Assembly: GCA_965237525.1 (NCBI GenBank)
Contig: CBDEFO010000006.1
Location: 352,001 to 416,000 of the forward strand
DNA from: Candidatus Latescibacterota bacterium
GTDB taxonomy: Bacteria > Latescibacterota > CBDEFO01
Length of the DNA: 64,000 bases
Direction: 5' to 3'
Of the stretch, positions 41,032-52,540 are shown piece by piece (within the stretch, counting starts at the first letter, position 1; each line of letters starts with the position of its first letter). The position numbers and the translations under genes were made by a program. Below the pieces are notes generated by a model. The model was not told the DNA's origin. It saw only the letters and a program-made list of their open reading frames with translations, and did no database searches.

Positions 41032-41784
41032 TCATTGGTCTTTTATTAATGCACGATATGTAAATTTTGTTTTTTCTGTTGAATTAAAATTCTTTATTGA
41101 TTTTTTCAAACTTTCTTTCGAAAAATGTTGTTTATTCTCTTCAATGAATGTCATCACTATATCTTTGTTAGATTTGGACAATTCCCTGAGAATCCAACCA
41201 ACACCTGTTTTTGCAAAACGTTCATCTCTTTTAATCAATGCTGAACAAGATCTCAACAGTAAAGGAGTAAATTCTCTTTCTTTGGTTAGATTAGCAAAAG
41301 CTACCAAGGATGCTCTGGCTTGCCAAACATTTCTTGAAGTTCTCCATTTTGCAATGGCTTTGGCACAAGGCAAGCCATTCTCTTTTATCATTGGTCCTAA
41401 CACTCTAACGCAAAACCAATCGCAAATATTCCAATCGTAGATATAATTCTTCTGGAAAAGTTCCCCAAATTTTGGAATAAGTGTTTTCCAATCAAATTTT
41501 TTAGAAAGATGGTCTTGTAAAAACAAGACGCCTGCAAGTTTATCCTCCGCATATTTTTCAGCAAAAAATGAGAGAGCTAAGTCTAATTGAGTATTGAGTG
41601 CCAATTTCTCGATGTGTTCGCTTTTATACCATTTTTTTAGTTCCTCTCTGATTTTGACTAGATTTACTCCTCTAAATTCAATACTATTCTTGAGGTATTT
41701 TTCCCACCAATCTTTAGTCCTGTTGTCAGCAATTTTATCAAGTCTTGATTCAAGAGATTGTATTGACTGTTTATGAGAAATCAT
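41032..41784 (-). CDS. DNA alkylation repair protein (AlkD-like), AT-rich
   Basis: FRGV, WNICDWFC, NVWQARAS, KTGVGWILRELSK. Confidence 0.85.
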   Translation of the reverse strand: MISHKQSIQSLESRLDKIADNRTKDWWEKYLKNSIEFRGVNLVKIREELKKWYKSEHIEKLALNTQLDLALSFFAEKYAEDKLAGVLFLQDHLSKKFDWKTLIPKFGELFQKNYIYDWNICDWFCVRVLGPMIKENGLPCAKAIAKWRTSRNVWQARASLVAFANLTKEREFTPLLLRSCSALIKRDERFAKTGVGWILRELSKSNKDIVMTFIEENKQHFSKESLKKSIKNFNSTEKTKFTYRALIKDQ

Positions 41785-41887
41785 ATTAAATTCAATACAT
41801 TAGATCGTTATAAAATGTACGTCTCTTATAGGAAAATGCAGACAGAGCAGTTGGTAGCTGTGAACATCTGTGCTGCGCGTTACAGAA

Positions 41888-43417
41888 TTAGTCATTCTCC
41901 GGCTTCCATCTCACAACCGGCTCCTTAACAGCCTTGGCGTCATCCAGCCTTCCTATGGGAGCGTTGTGCGGAGCAGACCTCACCAATTCGGGATCACTTT
42001 CCACTTCCTGGGCTATCTTGATCATAGCCTCTGCAAAAGCGTCCAGAGTCTCAAGCGTCTCCGTCTCTGTAGGTTCGATCATCATCGCCTCTCTGACGAT
42101 CAGTGGGAAATAGACTGTGGGCGGATGATAGCCGTAGTCCATAATCCTCTTGGCGATGTGCAGCGCAGTGGCGCCCTTTTCTCTTTTCTGCCTTGCGGCG
42201 GACAGGACAAACTCATGCATAGGCTGAGTATCGTATTCTATGTCCTCGTGATTCAAATTAAGCTTCCTGTCGAAGTGGCCTTTCATCTTCTTGAAGAGAT
42301 AATTGGCATTTAAGACCGCGGCTTCACCTGTCCTTTTGAGACCCTCATATCCGAGCATCCTTATGTAGACGTAGGCCCTGATGAGGACTCCAATATTGCC
42401 GTAAAAAGTGCCCACCTTTCCTATCGTTGAGGGACGGTCGAAATCGAGATGGAACTTATCTTCATGTTGAGTTGCGGCGGCATAGTTGACAATTCTGGGA
42501 ACGGGCAGAAACCTCTCAAGTTCCGATTTGACGCCCACAGGGCCAGCTCCGGGGCCTCCCCCACCGTGAGGTGTGGAGAAGGATTTATGGAGGTTGAGAT
42601 GTACTACGTCGAAGCCCATATCCCCCGGCCGGCACTTCCCCAGGAGGGCGTTCAAGTTGGCCCCGTCGTAGTATAAGAGACCGCCTTTGCTGTGGACTAT
42701 ATCGGCGATCTCTAATATATCCTCCTCAAATATGCCGAGCGTGTTGGGATTGGTGAGCATCAAGGCTGCACTATCAGAATCGCAGGAACTCTTCAGATCG
42801 TCTAAATCCACCATCCCCCTTTTGTTAGACTTTACCTCCTTAACCCTGTATCCGCACATAGCCGCGCTTGAGGGATTAGTCCCGTGCGCAGAATCAGGTA
42901 TAAGGACAGTAGTCTTATTTTGCCCCGCTTCTATATGGTAAGCCCTTATAATGAGCATCCCGGTGAGCTCTCCGTGCGCCCCTGCCGATGGCTGAAGAGA
43001 AAAATTAGAGACGCCCGTAATCTGACACAAAAATTCTTCCAACTCCCAGCATATCTGCAAGAGGGGCTGACAGAGGCTCTCCGGCCACATAGGATGAGCT
43101 TCCGCAAAGCCCGCCAGCTTTGCAATCTCATCGTTGATCTTGGGGTTGTACTTCATCGTGCACGAGCCGAGGGGATAAAAGCCTGTATCTATGCTGTGAT
43201 TGAGTTGAGAGACGTTGGTATAGTGCCTTACGAGTTCAAGTTCGTTCACCTCCGGGAGAGAAAGAGGCGATTTTCTCCTCATATCTTCGGGAATAGACTC
43301 TAGAGAGTACACTTCGGGGTTGCTTGCCGAGCCACTGTCCGTTCTGTGCCTATTAAGTTTGGGCGGGACTGCCGAGCGGCGCCCGGCTCTTCCTTTTTCA
43401 AATATGGTAGTCTCCAC
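41888..43417 (-). CDS. gcvPB: Glycine dehydrogenase subunit 2
   Basis: YPLGSCTMKYNPK, QPSAGAHGE, HLNLHKSFSTPHGGGGPG. Confidence 0.97.
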   Translation of the reverse strand: METTIFEKGRAGRRSAVPPKLNRHRTDSGSASNPEVYSLESIPEDMRRKSPLSLPEVNELELVRHYTNVSQLNHSIDTGFYPLGSCTMKYNPKINDEIAKLAGFAEAHPMWPESLCQPLLQICWELEEFLCQITGVSNFSLQPSAGAHGELTGMLIIRAYHIEAGQNKTTVLIPDSAHGTNPSSAAMCGYRVKEVKSNKRGMVDLDDLKSSCDSDSAALMLTNPNTLGIFEEDILEIADIVHSKGGLLYYDGANLNALLGKCRPGDMGFDVVHLNLHKSFSTPHGGGGPGAGPVGVKSELERFLPVPRIVNYAAATQHEDKFHLDFDRPSTIGKVGTFYGNIGVLIRAYVYIRMLGYEGLKRTGEAAVLNANYLFKKMKGHFDRKLNLNHEDIEYDTQPMHEFVLSAARQKREKGATALHIAKRIMDYGYHPPTVYFPLIVREAMMIEPTETETLETLDAFAEAMIKIAQEVESDPELVRSAPHNAPIGRLDDAKAVKEPVVRWKPEND

Positions 43418-44761
43418 CTATAGTACCTCCCTCCACACTTGACCTAATCGGTCAATATCGTCTTCGGTCTTTGTCTCGGTTGTGCAAACTAAGATAGCGT
43501 CCTCCATATCCGGGAAGAATCTCCCCAGGTCTATGCCCGCTTCGATCCCCTTTGCTCTCAATTTCGGCAGAAGATGAGAAGCAGGAGACGGGCAAGATAC
43601 CACAAATTCGTTGAAGAAAGGAGCAGAGAATCTCAACTTCAGCCCATCTATCTGGGATAATCTTTGGGCGCAGGCGTGGCTCCTTTGCCAGTTCAATTCT
43701 GCAATCTCTACCAGACCCTGGGGTCCTAAAGAAGATAGGTAGACCCCTGCTGCAAGGGCGCAGAGTGCCTGATTTGTGCAGATGTTGGAGGTAGCCCTTT
43801 CGCGCCTTATGTGCTGTTCTCTGGTCTGGAAGGTCAGGACATATCCCTGCTTGCCATTTACGTCCTCTGTCCGTCCCGCTATCCTTCCGGGCATACGTCT
43901 TATGTATTTCTCCAGGGAGGCGAAGAACCCTAAATAGGGTCCTCCAAACGAAAGGGGAACGCCTAAGGGCTGTCCTTCGCCTGTGGCGATGTCGGCCCCA
44001 TATTCGCCCGGCGGAGCTATAACGCCCAGCGAGATGGGATTCACAGAGGCGGCAAAGAGAGCGTCTGCCTCCTTTACTATCTCCTTGATCCGATGCATCG
44101 GCTCCAAGCACCCGAAGAAATTGGGATTCTGAATCAGTACACACGCAGTGTCCTGTGCCGTTGAATCGCCGAGGGCATCCAGATCGACAGAACCGTCCTG
44201 CTTCCACGGCACACTTACGACCTCCACACCTAGACCTTGAAGATAGGTATCAACTGCACTTCGGTAGAAGGGATGTAGGCTCTTTTGAAGGACGACCCTT
44301 TTGGCTCTGGGATTGATGCTCAGGGCCATCAGAACCGCTTCAGCAGCGGCAGACGCACCGTCGTACATAGATGCGTTGGCTACCTCCATCTTGGTCAGGT
44401 CAGAGATCATAGTCTGGAACTCGAATATAGTCTGAAGCGTGCCCTGACTGATCTCGGCCTGGTATGGAGTATAAGCGCTGTAGAACTCGCTCCTTGAGAT
44501 TATGTGCCCGACCACGCTGGGGATGTAGTGCTCGTAGGCTCCCCCTCCTGCAAAGGACAGATCGGGCTTTACACGCCTCATCTGGTCTTCGAGCCCTCGC
44601 ATAAACCTCCTTACATCCATCTCGGACATAGGAGGAGGAAGATCTAATTTTCCTATCCTGAGCTCCTGCGGTATCGTCTCAAAGAGCTGGTCCAGAGAGC
44701 TTATGCCCAACTCCTGGATCATATGCGCAATATCTGCTTCTGTGTGTGGAACGTAATCCAT
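43418..44761 (-). CDS. gcvPA: Glycine dehydrogenase subunit 1
   Basis: YTPYQAEISQGTLQ, REQHIRRERATSNICTNQ. Confidence 0.97.
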   Translation of the reverse strand: MDYVPHTEADIAHMIQELGISSLDQLFETIPQELRIGKLDLPPPMSEMDVRRFMRGLEDQMRRVKPDLSFAGGGAYEHYIPSVVGHIISRSEFYSAYTPYQAEISQGTLQTIFEFQTMISDLTKMEVANASMYDGASAAAEAVLMALSINPRAKRVVLQKSLHPFYRSAVDTYLQGLGVEVVSVPWKQDGSVDLDALGDSTAQDTACVLIQNPNFFGCLEPMHRIKEIVKEADALFAASVNPISLGVIAPPGEYGADIATGEGQPLGVPLSFGGPYLGFFASLEKYIRRMPGRIAGRTEDVNGKQGYVLTFQTREQHIRRERATSNICTNQALCALAAGVYLSSLGPQGLVEIAELNWQRSHACAQRLSQIDGLKLRFSAPFFNEFVVSCPSPASHLLPKLRAKGIEAGIDLGRFFPDMEDAILVCTTETKTEDDIDRLGQVWREVL

Positions 44762-44796
44762 CTATTATTCTCCTCAAGTTTCCGTAGAGACTGTCA

Positions 44797-45768
44797 TCAA
44801 TATCTGCGTCCGGCTTGCGTCAACACAGACAGTGCGTCCGCCGTCACAAACTCGTTCATACGCCTCTTGCTCGTACCTCCACAGTCGACAAAGGAGTAAC
44901 CTGAGATTCTATTCACGCCAACCCGACCTCGCACGTAGTACTTCTTTTCCACAGGGAAGCCCCCGTCGGGAAGTCGCTTCGACTCCAGCAGATCCAGAGC
45001 GTCGGAAGAACGCTCTGCCTGGATGAGGCCCGCCTCCGCCAGGACCTTCAACCCAAACAGGATATCATAATTCCAATAGCACGGGTAGTGAAGTATCGCG
45101 AAGTTATTTCTAATGATACGACCGTCCCGTAGTCTTTTGTACAATCTGCGCTTGAGGAAAACCTCCGCAGCACGCTCCGTAGCAGCTTTTGACTCAGGGC
45201 TTCCGGTCCTCTTTGCGTGAAGCGCTAGTCCCCGGAGGGGAATCAGGCTCTCCATAAAGGACGAGTTTACGGCTTCCGGTCTTTTGTCGCAGTTCCAACC
45301 GCCGTAGGGCCACTGCCACTTAAGGAGTCGCTTTACCAGCTCATCGCACTTCGAATCGGCCAATCCAAGGGCGTGTAGATAGTAGAGGGCGTTCCCCTCC
45401 TGAGATGCACACCTCCTGACGCGGCCTTCTATCGACCTTATGGCATTTTCGTGCCGCTCTGAAAGGAGCCATCCCAGGATTTGCTCCCGAAGCGGAACCA
45501 GCGACCGATCGCCCTCAGGATAGCCGATATCAGCCAGATTCGCAAGCACCCAGCGAGCTCCGTACCATTCTTGTACGGATGAAAGGGGATCGCTCCGTCC
45601 TCGTCTCTCTCAGACAGGAGGGCATGCACCCGAGGGGAAGACCTTATCTCCTCTCTCACACCCACAACCTGGACCGATCCCAACTCCTGGCCCAGGACAT
45701 TGACCCTTACCTTGAACCGAACCGCAGGTTCCGTCCGACCCCAGCAGTTTCTCGATTACGTTTTGCAT
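44797..45768 (-). pseudogene. Alpha/alpha-toroid (prenyltransferase-repeat-like) hypothetical protein with two frameshifts
   Basis: MQNVIEKLLGSD / EPAVRFKV..HPYK / WVLANLADIGYP..GGWNC..YDILFGL lie in successive frames. Confidence 0.65.
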
Positions 45769-45780
45769 CGTCTCAGATCC

Positions 45781-48264
45781 TCACAGGCCCTGTTCCACGA
45801 GTTCATGGTGACCCGCTCTGCGAGACTCCCATACCGATGCCCCAAAAGCGACAGCATAACACGAAAAACCAGTCCAGAAGGACGTGGAAATACCAGAACT
45901 CAAAGCTATCACAACAGCAAAGACTGAGGCACAGACGGATGTCGCGCCATTTATGCCCCATAGCCAGGGGGTCAGAGAGGCCGACCTGGCGGACGCCATC
46001 TTCATCCCAAGAGGAAATGCCATTCCCATAAATAGCCCTAAGGGGAAAAGCATTAGTGTGGCGACAGAGATGCGCAGCATCGTTATTGACCCCTGGAACA
46101 TGCTGGTAACGTACGGTGTAAGTATTCCAAAAACAAGGAGTGCACATAGAAGGAGAGACAGACGCATAATCGCTGATCTTGTCAGACCAGGATAGCTTAT
46201 CTTCTTAGTTAAATAACTCCCGAGACCGCTGGATAAGAGCAGGGCAAAAAGCACAACTGATAGAGCATAAACAGGATGCCCCAAGAAAATGATGAATCTC
46301 TGCATCTGTGAAATCTCAACCAGCATAAAGCCTAATCCTATACACGAAAAGAATATGAAAAGAGGCAAAGATCCCCTTAATGTAGATTTGTCAGTTGTTA
46401 AGATGAGAGGAACGATGATCCATAGGAACGTCAGCCCCAGGACGGTTATCAGTAGAGCACCCAAGACGAAAACCGCTCTCATGTTGAAGCCCATCGTGCC
46501 CTGCTTCCACAGTTCCCGATTAAACATATCTCGAAGCCTAAGCATGTGAAAGAAGAACGGACTATCGTCAGTAGGTGCAGCGATATTTATGGGGAACTCT
46601 GCCGTGAACGTATCCAGGTCTACTCCGGAGGCAATAGTTGCAAAAGTAGAATCCAGTGAGAATCTTGGGCTGAGAACCAGGTCAAATTGCATCTTGGCAG
46701 TGATCTCTTCCAGGATATCCAGATCCTTATCTGAAAATGGCTCCTTGCTCACCAGTATCGTTCCAATACCGTTAGCCATAGCTAATTCCAGGCCATTATC
46801 TCCATCTCCAGTGTCCCTCCGCGGCATATGTCTCACAATGACAATATGTTCTCGGGGATTCTCCACACCTAACTGCATCAAGGAGGCGCTGGCCAGGGAA
46901 GTCAGTCTGTAGACCTCACCGGGTCTATTCTGAAAGTACCATCGGGAGAACGTTAAGACGCCATCGGGGGTCAAGTGCTCTAAGAAATCCTCCCATGCCT
47001 CGAGGGTGTAAAGCGAGTTCTCTGTGAGCACAAATGCCCCCGCTGCAGTTGCAGCCCACGTGTCTATCATCGAGACTTGAATGATATCGAACGTATCCTT
47101 TAATCTTGCAATGTAGCTTCGCGCCTCATCGTTGACGAAAGTGACTTTAGGGTCTCTGTCCAGATGACCGCTAAATGCGCCGAATCTCCCGTTGACCGTG
47201 TCGATTATGTCTTCATTAATTTCAACTCCCAGAACTGACTTTTGCTCGAATACTAACGCGGAGAGGATATCCTTTCCGCCTCCTGTCCCGATAACCAGGA
47301 CCTTTGAATTCCTCCGTACATAGTGCGCCAGATTGGTGACATCGTACTTGAGATGTTCTAACGCTGTCAAGTTGCCATCAAATGCAGTTAGAACTGTCCC
47401 CGCTCTGGCGTCTATATTCATATATAGTTGATCGACTTTCCGGTCGGAAGGATAAGTAGAACTAAGACCCCATCCAAAGGGCGTTTTTGATCCGTCCGGA
47501 TCAGCATAGACCTTAATACGTGAGAATGAATTCCACTTCTCATAAAGAGGTCGAGATTCAAGCCTGCCTTTCACCCATATCAACCGGAGTAAGGGCATCT
47601 GCTTGATGGCAAGAACTGTGTGAACAACCGCGAAGGAGGCAAATAAGAGGCTGCAAATAAGGGCAACTGTTCTCAGCTTCTCAAGGCCTGCATCTGCAGC
47701 GAAAAAAACTGTGCCGACACTGGCAAGAAAGGCTACTACTATCACCGCGGTTGGACCATCGGTAATCCTGAGAGTGTATATCAGCACTATACATCCGATC
47801 GCTGCACCTGCAAGGTCAGCAGCGTATAGTTTGCTCACCTGTCGCGGGAATTTCGTCAGTGCCAGACAGACACATATCCCGCTGAATACGAAAGGGATTG
47901 ATATTACCACATATGTCAAAGCGATCAGGAACAAGCCCACAATCGATCTGTGGATATCAAACGGGATACTCAGATGCACCAAGAAGCTGATAACGATCGA
48001 TACCGCGAACAACAGGGAATTAAGAGTAAGATGATACTTTGCCCGTTCGCAAGTGAAATAGCCGGGAAGTAGATAGACTAATATTGCACCCACCGTCATC
48101 CCAAACATGGCCATAGATATAGCCATAAACGCGTAGTGATACCACATGGTCACACTGAAGATGCGCGTAAGGAGGATTTCGTACATCAAAGTGGCAAGCG
48201 CGACCATGAACAGACCTGCGTAAGCGCCTTTTCTAACCACAACTTCTGCACTCATAATCCTCAT
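45781..48264 (-). CDS. Membrane protein with spermidine synthase-like SAM-binding domain
   Basis: YEILLTRIFS, YAADLAGAA, VIGTGGGKD, VEIN, ENSLYTLEA, TDDSPFF, WGING. Confidence 0.85.
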   Translation of the reverse strand: MRIMSAEVVVRKGAYAGLFMVALATLMYEILLTRIFSVTMWYHYAFMAISMAMFGMTVGAILVYLLPGYFTCERAKYHLTLNSLLFAVSIVISFLVHLSIPFDIHRSIVGLFLIALTYVVISIPFVFSGICVCLALTKFPRQVSKLYAADLAGAAIGCIVLIYTLRITDGPTAVIVVAFLASVGTVFFAADAGLEKLRTVALICSLLFASFAVVHTVLAIKQMPLLRLIWVKGRLESRPLYEKWNSFSRIKVYADPDGSKTPFGWGLSSTYPSDRKVDQLYMNIDARAGTVLTAFDGNLTALEHLKYDVTNLAHYVRRNSKVLVIGTGGGKDILSALVFEQKSVLGVEINEDIIDTVNGRFGAFSGHLDRDPKVTFVNDEARSYIARLKDTFDIIQVSMIDTWAATAAGAFVLTENSLYTLEAWEDFLEHLTPDGVLTFSRWYFQNRPGEVYRLTSLASASLMQLGVENPREHIVIVRHMPRRDTGDGDNGLELAMANGIGTILVSKEPFSDKDLDILEEITAKMQFDLVLSPRFSLDSTFATIASGVDLDTFTAEFPINIAAPTDDSPFFFHMLRLRDMFNRELWKQGTMGFNMRAVFVLGALLITVLGLTFLWIIVPLILTTDKSTLRGSLPLFIFFSCIGLGFMLVEISQMQRFIIFLGHPVYALSVVLFALLLSSGLGSYLTKKISYPGLTRSAIMRLSLLLCALLVFGILTPYVTSMFQGSITMLRISVATLMLFPLGLFMGMAFPLGMKMASARSASLTPWLWGINGATSVCASVFAVVIALSSGISTSFWTGFSCYAVAFGASVWESRRAGHHELVEQGL

Positions 48265-48416
48265 CTTCCCCCTTCAATGCGCAGATTCCGTAACTGTAGC
48301 TCTGCGTCCGTTAAACGAGATCTTTGTTCAAAAAGTTCTTCGACCCCCTCCGGGTTCCCTCCGGGCCTAAGGGATAACGGTAACACAACGATCAGAGAGA
48401 TCGAGCATAGATACCT

Positions 48417-49436
48417 TTATATTCTGGCTTGCTTTTTCCATCCGATCACCACCGATTGCTCGTGATCGATTGATCTGCACTCCATCTCGTGGAAACCAGC
48501 TTTTTCCATCAGCGTCTCGATCTCCTCAGCATTTCGCTGATCCCCGATGGTGCCATATATCAGGCCGAACCACTGGAACACGCCGATCAAACTGCCGCTC
48601 TTATCCTCATTGAGCAGAAACTCCTGTACGAGCACCGGCGATCCCTCAGGCAAAGCTTCGCGACACCGTCGCAGCAGATGTACACAGTGCTCGTCATCCC
48701 AGTCGTGAATCACGTGTGAAATGAAAAAAGCATCCACCCCCGGCGGGAGCGGATCTTCGAAGAAATCGGCCGTATAAAAGCTTACTCGTTTCTCCGCACT
48801 GCTCTTTCGGATTGCGGCTTCCGCTGTCTTTCTGCTATATGGTAAATCCACCACGATACCCTTCAGGTGCGGGTACTTACCCATGAGTCCGACCAGTACT
48901 CCTCCGGTTGCGCCACCCAGATCAGCTACCAAGTGAAACGGACTGAAGTCGAACACAGCCGCCAGGGATTCTCCCCATAGGATGCGCCATCCGTGACGCT
49001 CCGGAGCAAAAGCTTCGGTGTCTACTTCACTATTGGGGTTAGCCAGCCACGGCGGCAGAGCTTCCGGCACGATTTCGTTGGTCAGGAGCGCCTGCTTCAT
49101 CGTCTTATACCACCAATCCTTCTCGGGATCGGGCTGCCGAGGAGTAATTCGGGCCCGTCCTCCCTCCAGTACCATTTCTCGCATGATGTCGTAGATAAAG
49201 TATCTCTCATCCTGAATGCCTATTACCCCTAAACAGGCATTGGCCGCCAGTAAGACTGCCGCAGGACGTTCCTGAAAACCGATTCGCCGACTCACCTCAG
49301 CGACGGTCGCCGGTCCTGCGCGCAGAGCCTCGTAGATCCCGAATTCCTCGGACAGAATCCAGGCCACTCTAGCTCGCTCAACATGGTGAATTTTATATGC
49401 GAAATAAGGATCTGCACCAGGACCGATCGTTAGCAT
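48417..49436 (-). CDS. O-methyltransferase with dimerisation domain
   Basis: ADLGGATG, VDLP, DFF, VIHDWDD. Confidence 0.9.
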   Translation of the reverse strand: MLTIGPGADPYFAYKIHHVERARVAWILSEEFGIYEALRAGPATVAEVSRRIGFQERPAAVLLAANACLGVIGIQDERYFIYDIMREMVLEGGRARITPRQPDPEKDWWYKTMKQALLTNEIVPEALPPWLANPNSEVDTEAFAPERHGWRILWGESLAAVFDFSPFHLVADLGGATGGVLVGLMGKYPHLKGIVVDLPYSRKTAEAAIRKSSAEKRVSFYTADFFEDPLPPGVDAFFISHVIHDWDDEHCVHLLRRCREALPEGSPVLVQEFLLNEDKSGSLIGVFQWFGLIYGTIGDQRNAEEIETLMEKAGFHEMECRSIDHEQSVVIGWKKQARI

Positions 49437-49754
49437 GATAGCACCCCTTTGTTGTCTTGAGGATAATAGACTCTCAATTGACTTTCCTAAACTCGTATTG
49501 GCGCCCGGGCAATAAGCTCGTCTTTCATGCCTTGCACATAACGTCTTGCCGCTGCTAACAGAACGTCACTTTCAGTGGTAGGCCTCTGTGGCTGGTTGCC
49601 GAATCCGGCTGGGCACACTCTTGTCAAATCTCGTCGAATTACTCTTCATCTTCACTACATCAGGATACTATTTGTGCCTTGATGCCTCCCCTGCAAGAAA
49701 CAGTAACAGCAACGCACGCACTGCCCACGCCACCTCTTTGGGGGCCCACTTTCG

Positions 49755-50645
49755 TTATTGTGGTTCGCACGCCATCTGCGCCGCTTTGAGCGTATTGCTC
49801 AACAGCATAGCGATAGTCATAGGTCCTACCCCACCGGGAACAGGAGATATGGCGCTCGCCTTATCTTTGACGCTTTCGAAGTTGACGTCTCCAACGAGCC
49901 TGTAACCGCTCTTTCGGGACGGGTCTTTCACGCTGTTTATGCCCACATCTATCACCACGGTTCCCTCCGAGACCATATCTGCGGCGATCATTCTGGGTCT
50001 GCCCGCTGCCACGATTAGGATATCCGCCTGTCTGGTGTGGTAGCCCAAGTCTTTTGTGCCTGTGTGGCAGACAGTTACGGTGGCATTGGCACCTTCGGCC
50101 TTCTGGACGAGGAGATTGACCATCGGCTTTCCGACGATCTTGCTCCTTCCGACTACGACCGCGTGTCTTCCGGACGGGTCCACACCTTCGTGTCTTAACA
50201 TCTCCATCACGCCTGACGGAGTTGCGGGAACAAAGCGGGGGTTCCCCATAACCAAAAGTCCCACGTTTACGGGATGGAAGCCATCCACATCCTTTTTCGG
50301 GTGGATCAGGGACATAAGATAGTCCTCGTCAAGGTGTTCGGGGAGCGGAGATTGAACGAGAATACCGTGGATATTTTCGTCCACGTTGAGCTTTTCGATA
50401 TGGTCTATTACCTGGTCTTGGGACGAGTCAGCGGGGATATTGATGACCTGCGAGCGTATGCGGACTTCGGAGGACTTTTTGGCTTTGTTTTTGACATAGA
50501 TGTGCGAAGCGGGGTTGTCTCCCACAAGGATGACACCGAGTCCAGGGGTCACTCCACAAGATACTTTAAGCTCTTCGACCCCGCTGCTGACTCTTTTTTC
50601 AACTTCTGCGGCTATTGCTTTTCCGTCGATTATCTTGGCTGACAT
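49755..50645 (-). CDS. folD: Methylenetetrahydrofolate dehydrogenase/cyclohydrolase
   Basis: KDVDGFHP, GRSKIVGKP, VIDVG, PVPGGVGPMTI. Confidence 0.97.
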   Translation of the reverse strand: MSAKIIDGKAIAAEVEKRVSSGVEELKVSCGVTPGLGVILVGDNPASHIYVKNKAKKSSEVRIRSQVINIPADSSQDQVIDHIEKLNVDENIHGILVQSPLPEHLDEDYLMSLIHPKKDVDGFHPVNVGLLVMGNPRFVPATPSGVMEMLRHEGVDPSGRHAVVVGRSKIVGKPMVNLLVQKAEGANATVTVCHTGTKDLGYHTRQADILIVAAGRPRMIAADMVSEGTVVIDVGINSVKDPSRKSGYRLVGDVNFESVKDKASAISPVPGGVGPMTIAMLLSNTLKAAQMACEPQ

Positions 50646-50889
50646 TTTTTGTCTCTTTCCTCGCCAGGTGTACAGCAGGACAGGGCATCCTCGCCCCGTC
50701 TACCGAACAGAGGTGAATGTCTCTTCTAACTGCTGGACGAGGTAGCCTCTTCCAAAGAAAGTATGGTGGGTTAGACATTCCTGTCTGATATGGATACGAG
50801 CCCCCTACATTCTAGCTACTTCGAAAGTCCGACTATCTGTCCATCTTTGTCAATGTACCAGGTGCAAGTTTTCTACTGCATTACCTTCT

Positions 50890-51067
50890 ATTATAGTTAT
50901 CCCGTTTAACCACCTTTGGTGTCATTGCGAGCCGAAGGCGAAGCAATCTCGATTCTGTGGTAGATGTAATACTCTCCGGCTCTCATAGGAGACCACTATA
51001 ATACCTTGAGATTGCTTTGTCGCTTTGCTCCTCGCAATGACTCCACCAAGCTTATGAATTAATGGGG
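50890..51067. repeat. Partial copy of the MITE at 52945-53193, lacking the 19-bp insert
   Basis: Near-identical to ~52995-53193; ends ATGAATTAATGGGG followed by TTAG. Confidence 0.75.
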
Positions 51068-51537
51068 TTAGGTGAGAAAATATGAAATTAGATGCTGAAT
51101 GTCAATGAAAAAGTCTACTGTAAACATCACATGGCGCCTAGCTCTGAAGAAGATAGAATTTTGGCAGAACAATTTTGAAGAGAGATTGGTGACAGCATAT
51201 ACCACTGCACTATAATAACTCAGGATTCACCACTGTATCTTAATTTACTCAACACCTAGTAATCTCTCAGAACTTCTTTCTCTAACCTCTCTACCAGCAA
51301 TCTGCACCAGAGGCCGCAGCTTCTGCTCTGTGATTACCCTGAGACCCTCATCAGAGTTCTGCCGATTGAGAATAACAGACTGGACCTCTCCATCCTGCTT
51401 CAAGAGATTTAACATCTGCCTCACCTGCGGCCCGGGATAATCCACTTATGTTAGTACCGTTATACTAAAGCTCCTTTCTCTCCTCGTAAGGTTTGGGTTT
51501 GGGAATTTCGAACATATCCCTTCTTGCGTTTAAATGA

Positions 51538-52171
51538 GGTAATACTACAACATCATACACCTTAATATCTTGCGAAGAGTCAAGTATTACTTCCTATTAC
51601 CATATGCGAAAATGCAACTACTGTAGGTGCACCAGATTTTGGAAATTATCAGGTGGTAGATATCGTTGTCAAGGGTGTCGTAGCTACTACCATTTTCGAA
51701 CCAATACCTACTGGTCCAAGAGCAAGATTTCTCCTTACTGTAAGGAGAGGCTCCTTGAGTTCGAGTGTCTCGCGGTTTCTGCTTACCCGATAAAGTTCCG
51801 GATCCCAACACACTTACATACTATTAAACGTTTCTACCGCATAGTCCGCCTTGCTATCTATCAGAACTCCGTCGAAGAACTCAATCCCCTTTCTGGACAG
51901 ATAGAGATGGATGAGACTATGTTTGGTGGACGTTCTGGCCAACGAAGACAAACGACATCTCAATAGTAGAGACCATCTAAATGGAATCGAAGGCTTTTTT
52001 GTCATACGCTAAGCACTTTCTATGTTCTTATGCAGGTGTACCCAACCAATATTTCCGCCTCTACCTTAAGGAAACAGAATGGAGATTCAACCATAAACGC
52101 CAGGGCCTAAGAGAGATAGCCAGACACCTTATGGTCGCCACTCTCAAAGGGTATGACGTTGTGGCATTACC
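51538..52171 (+). mobile_element. IS1595-family remnant, internally deleted
   Basis: Imperfect IRs GGTAATACTACAACATCATAC / GTATGACGTTGTGGCATTACC; Zn ribbon, IEMDETMFGG, HLNGIEG, YLKETEWRFN. Confidence 0.85.
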
Positions 52172-52211
52172 TTTTGTTCTGACAGATCAAGTATTTGAGT
52201 GTCGCCTTCTA

Positions 52212-52540
52212 CGTGACACACTGTAATGTGTTACGTGACATCTTTTTATGGAGTCGCCCCCGATTGAATCTATCGGGGCTCAACCTTTGCGGAAATCCTC
52301 AGGCGAGATGCTGTACCTGCATATCATGCTGTGGAAACTTTGACGTTCATTACGTACCCTCTTAGCTGCTTCGGTAACGATGCCTGCTGTAGCCCATAGG
52401 GCCTCACGAACGACTCTCTTCCCCAGGGCGCTTCCGGGGCACTTTGCCGCCCCCACTCGAGGTTACTGTGTACTTTGGTCTCAGCCCTTGTTCCAGCAGA
52501 AAGAGCCAAGCACCGGCAAGCCTTCTTGAGTCATCGTTCG
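52212..52540 (-). pseudogene. Diverged duplicate of the 3' end and downstream region of the NtrC-type gene
   Basis: 52212-52412 aligns by eye to 54042-54243, including the HTH-coding part; upper boundary approximate. Confidence 0.75.

Noticed and set aside
41785..41887. Integron attC sites around AT-rich genes (also ~49535 and ~56360)
   Set aside because: No convincing paired R and L boxes, and no integron integrase in the window.
50646..50880. THF or ZTP riboswitch upstream of folD
   Set aside because: No conserved motif recognised by eye; the region holds REP-like fragments. An Rfam/Infernal search would settle it.
51245..51445. 66-aa ORF as a real gene
   Set aside because: No recognisable family; probably a fragment beside an IS remnant.
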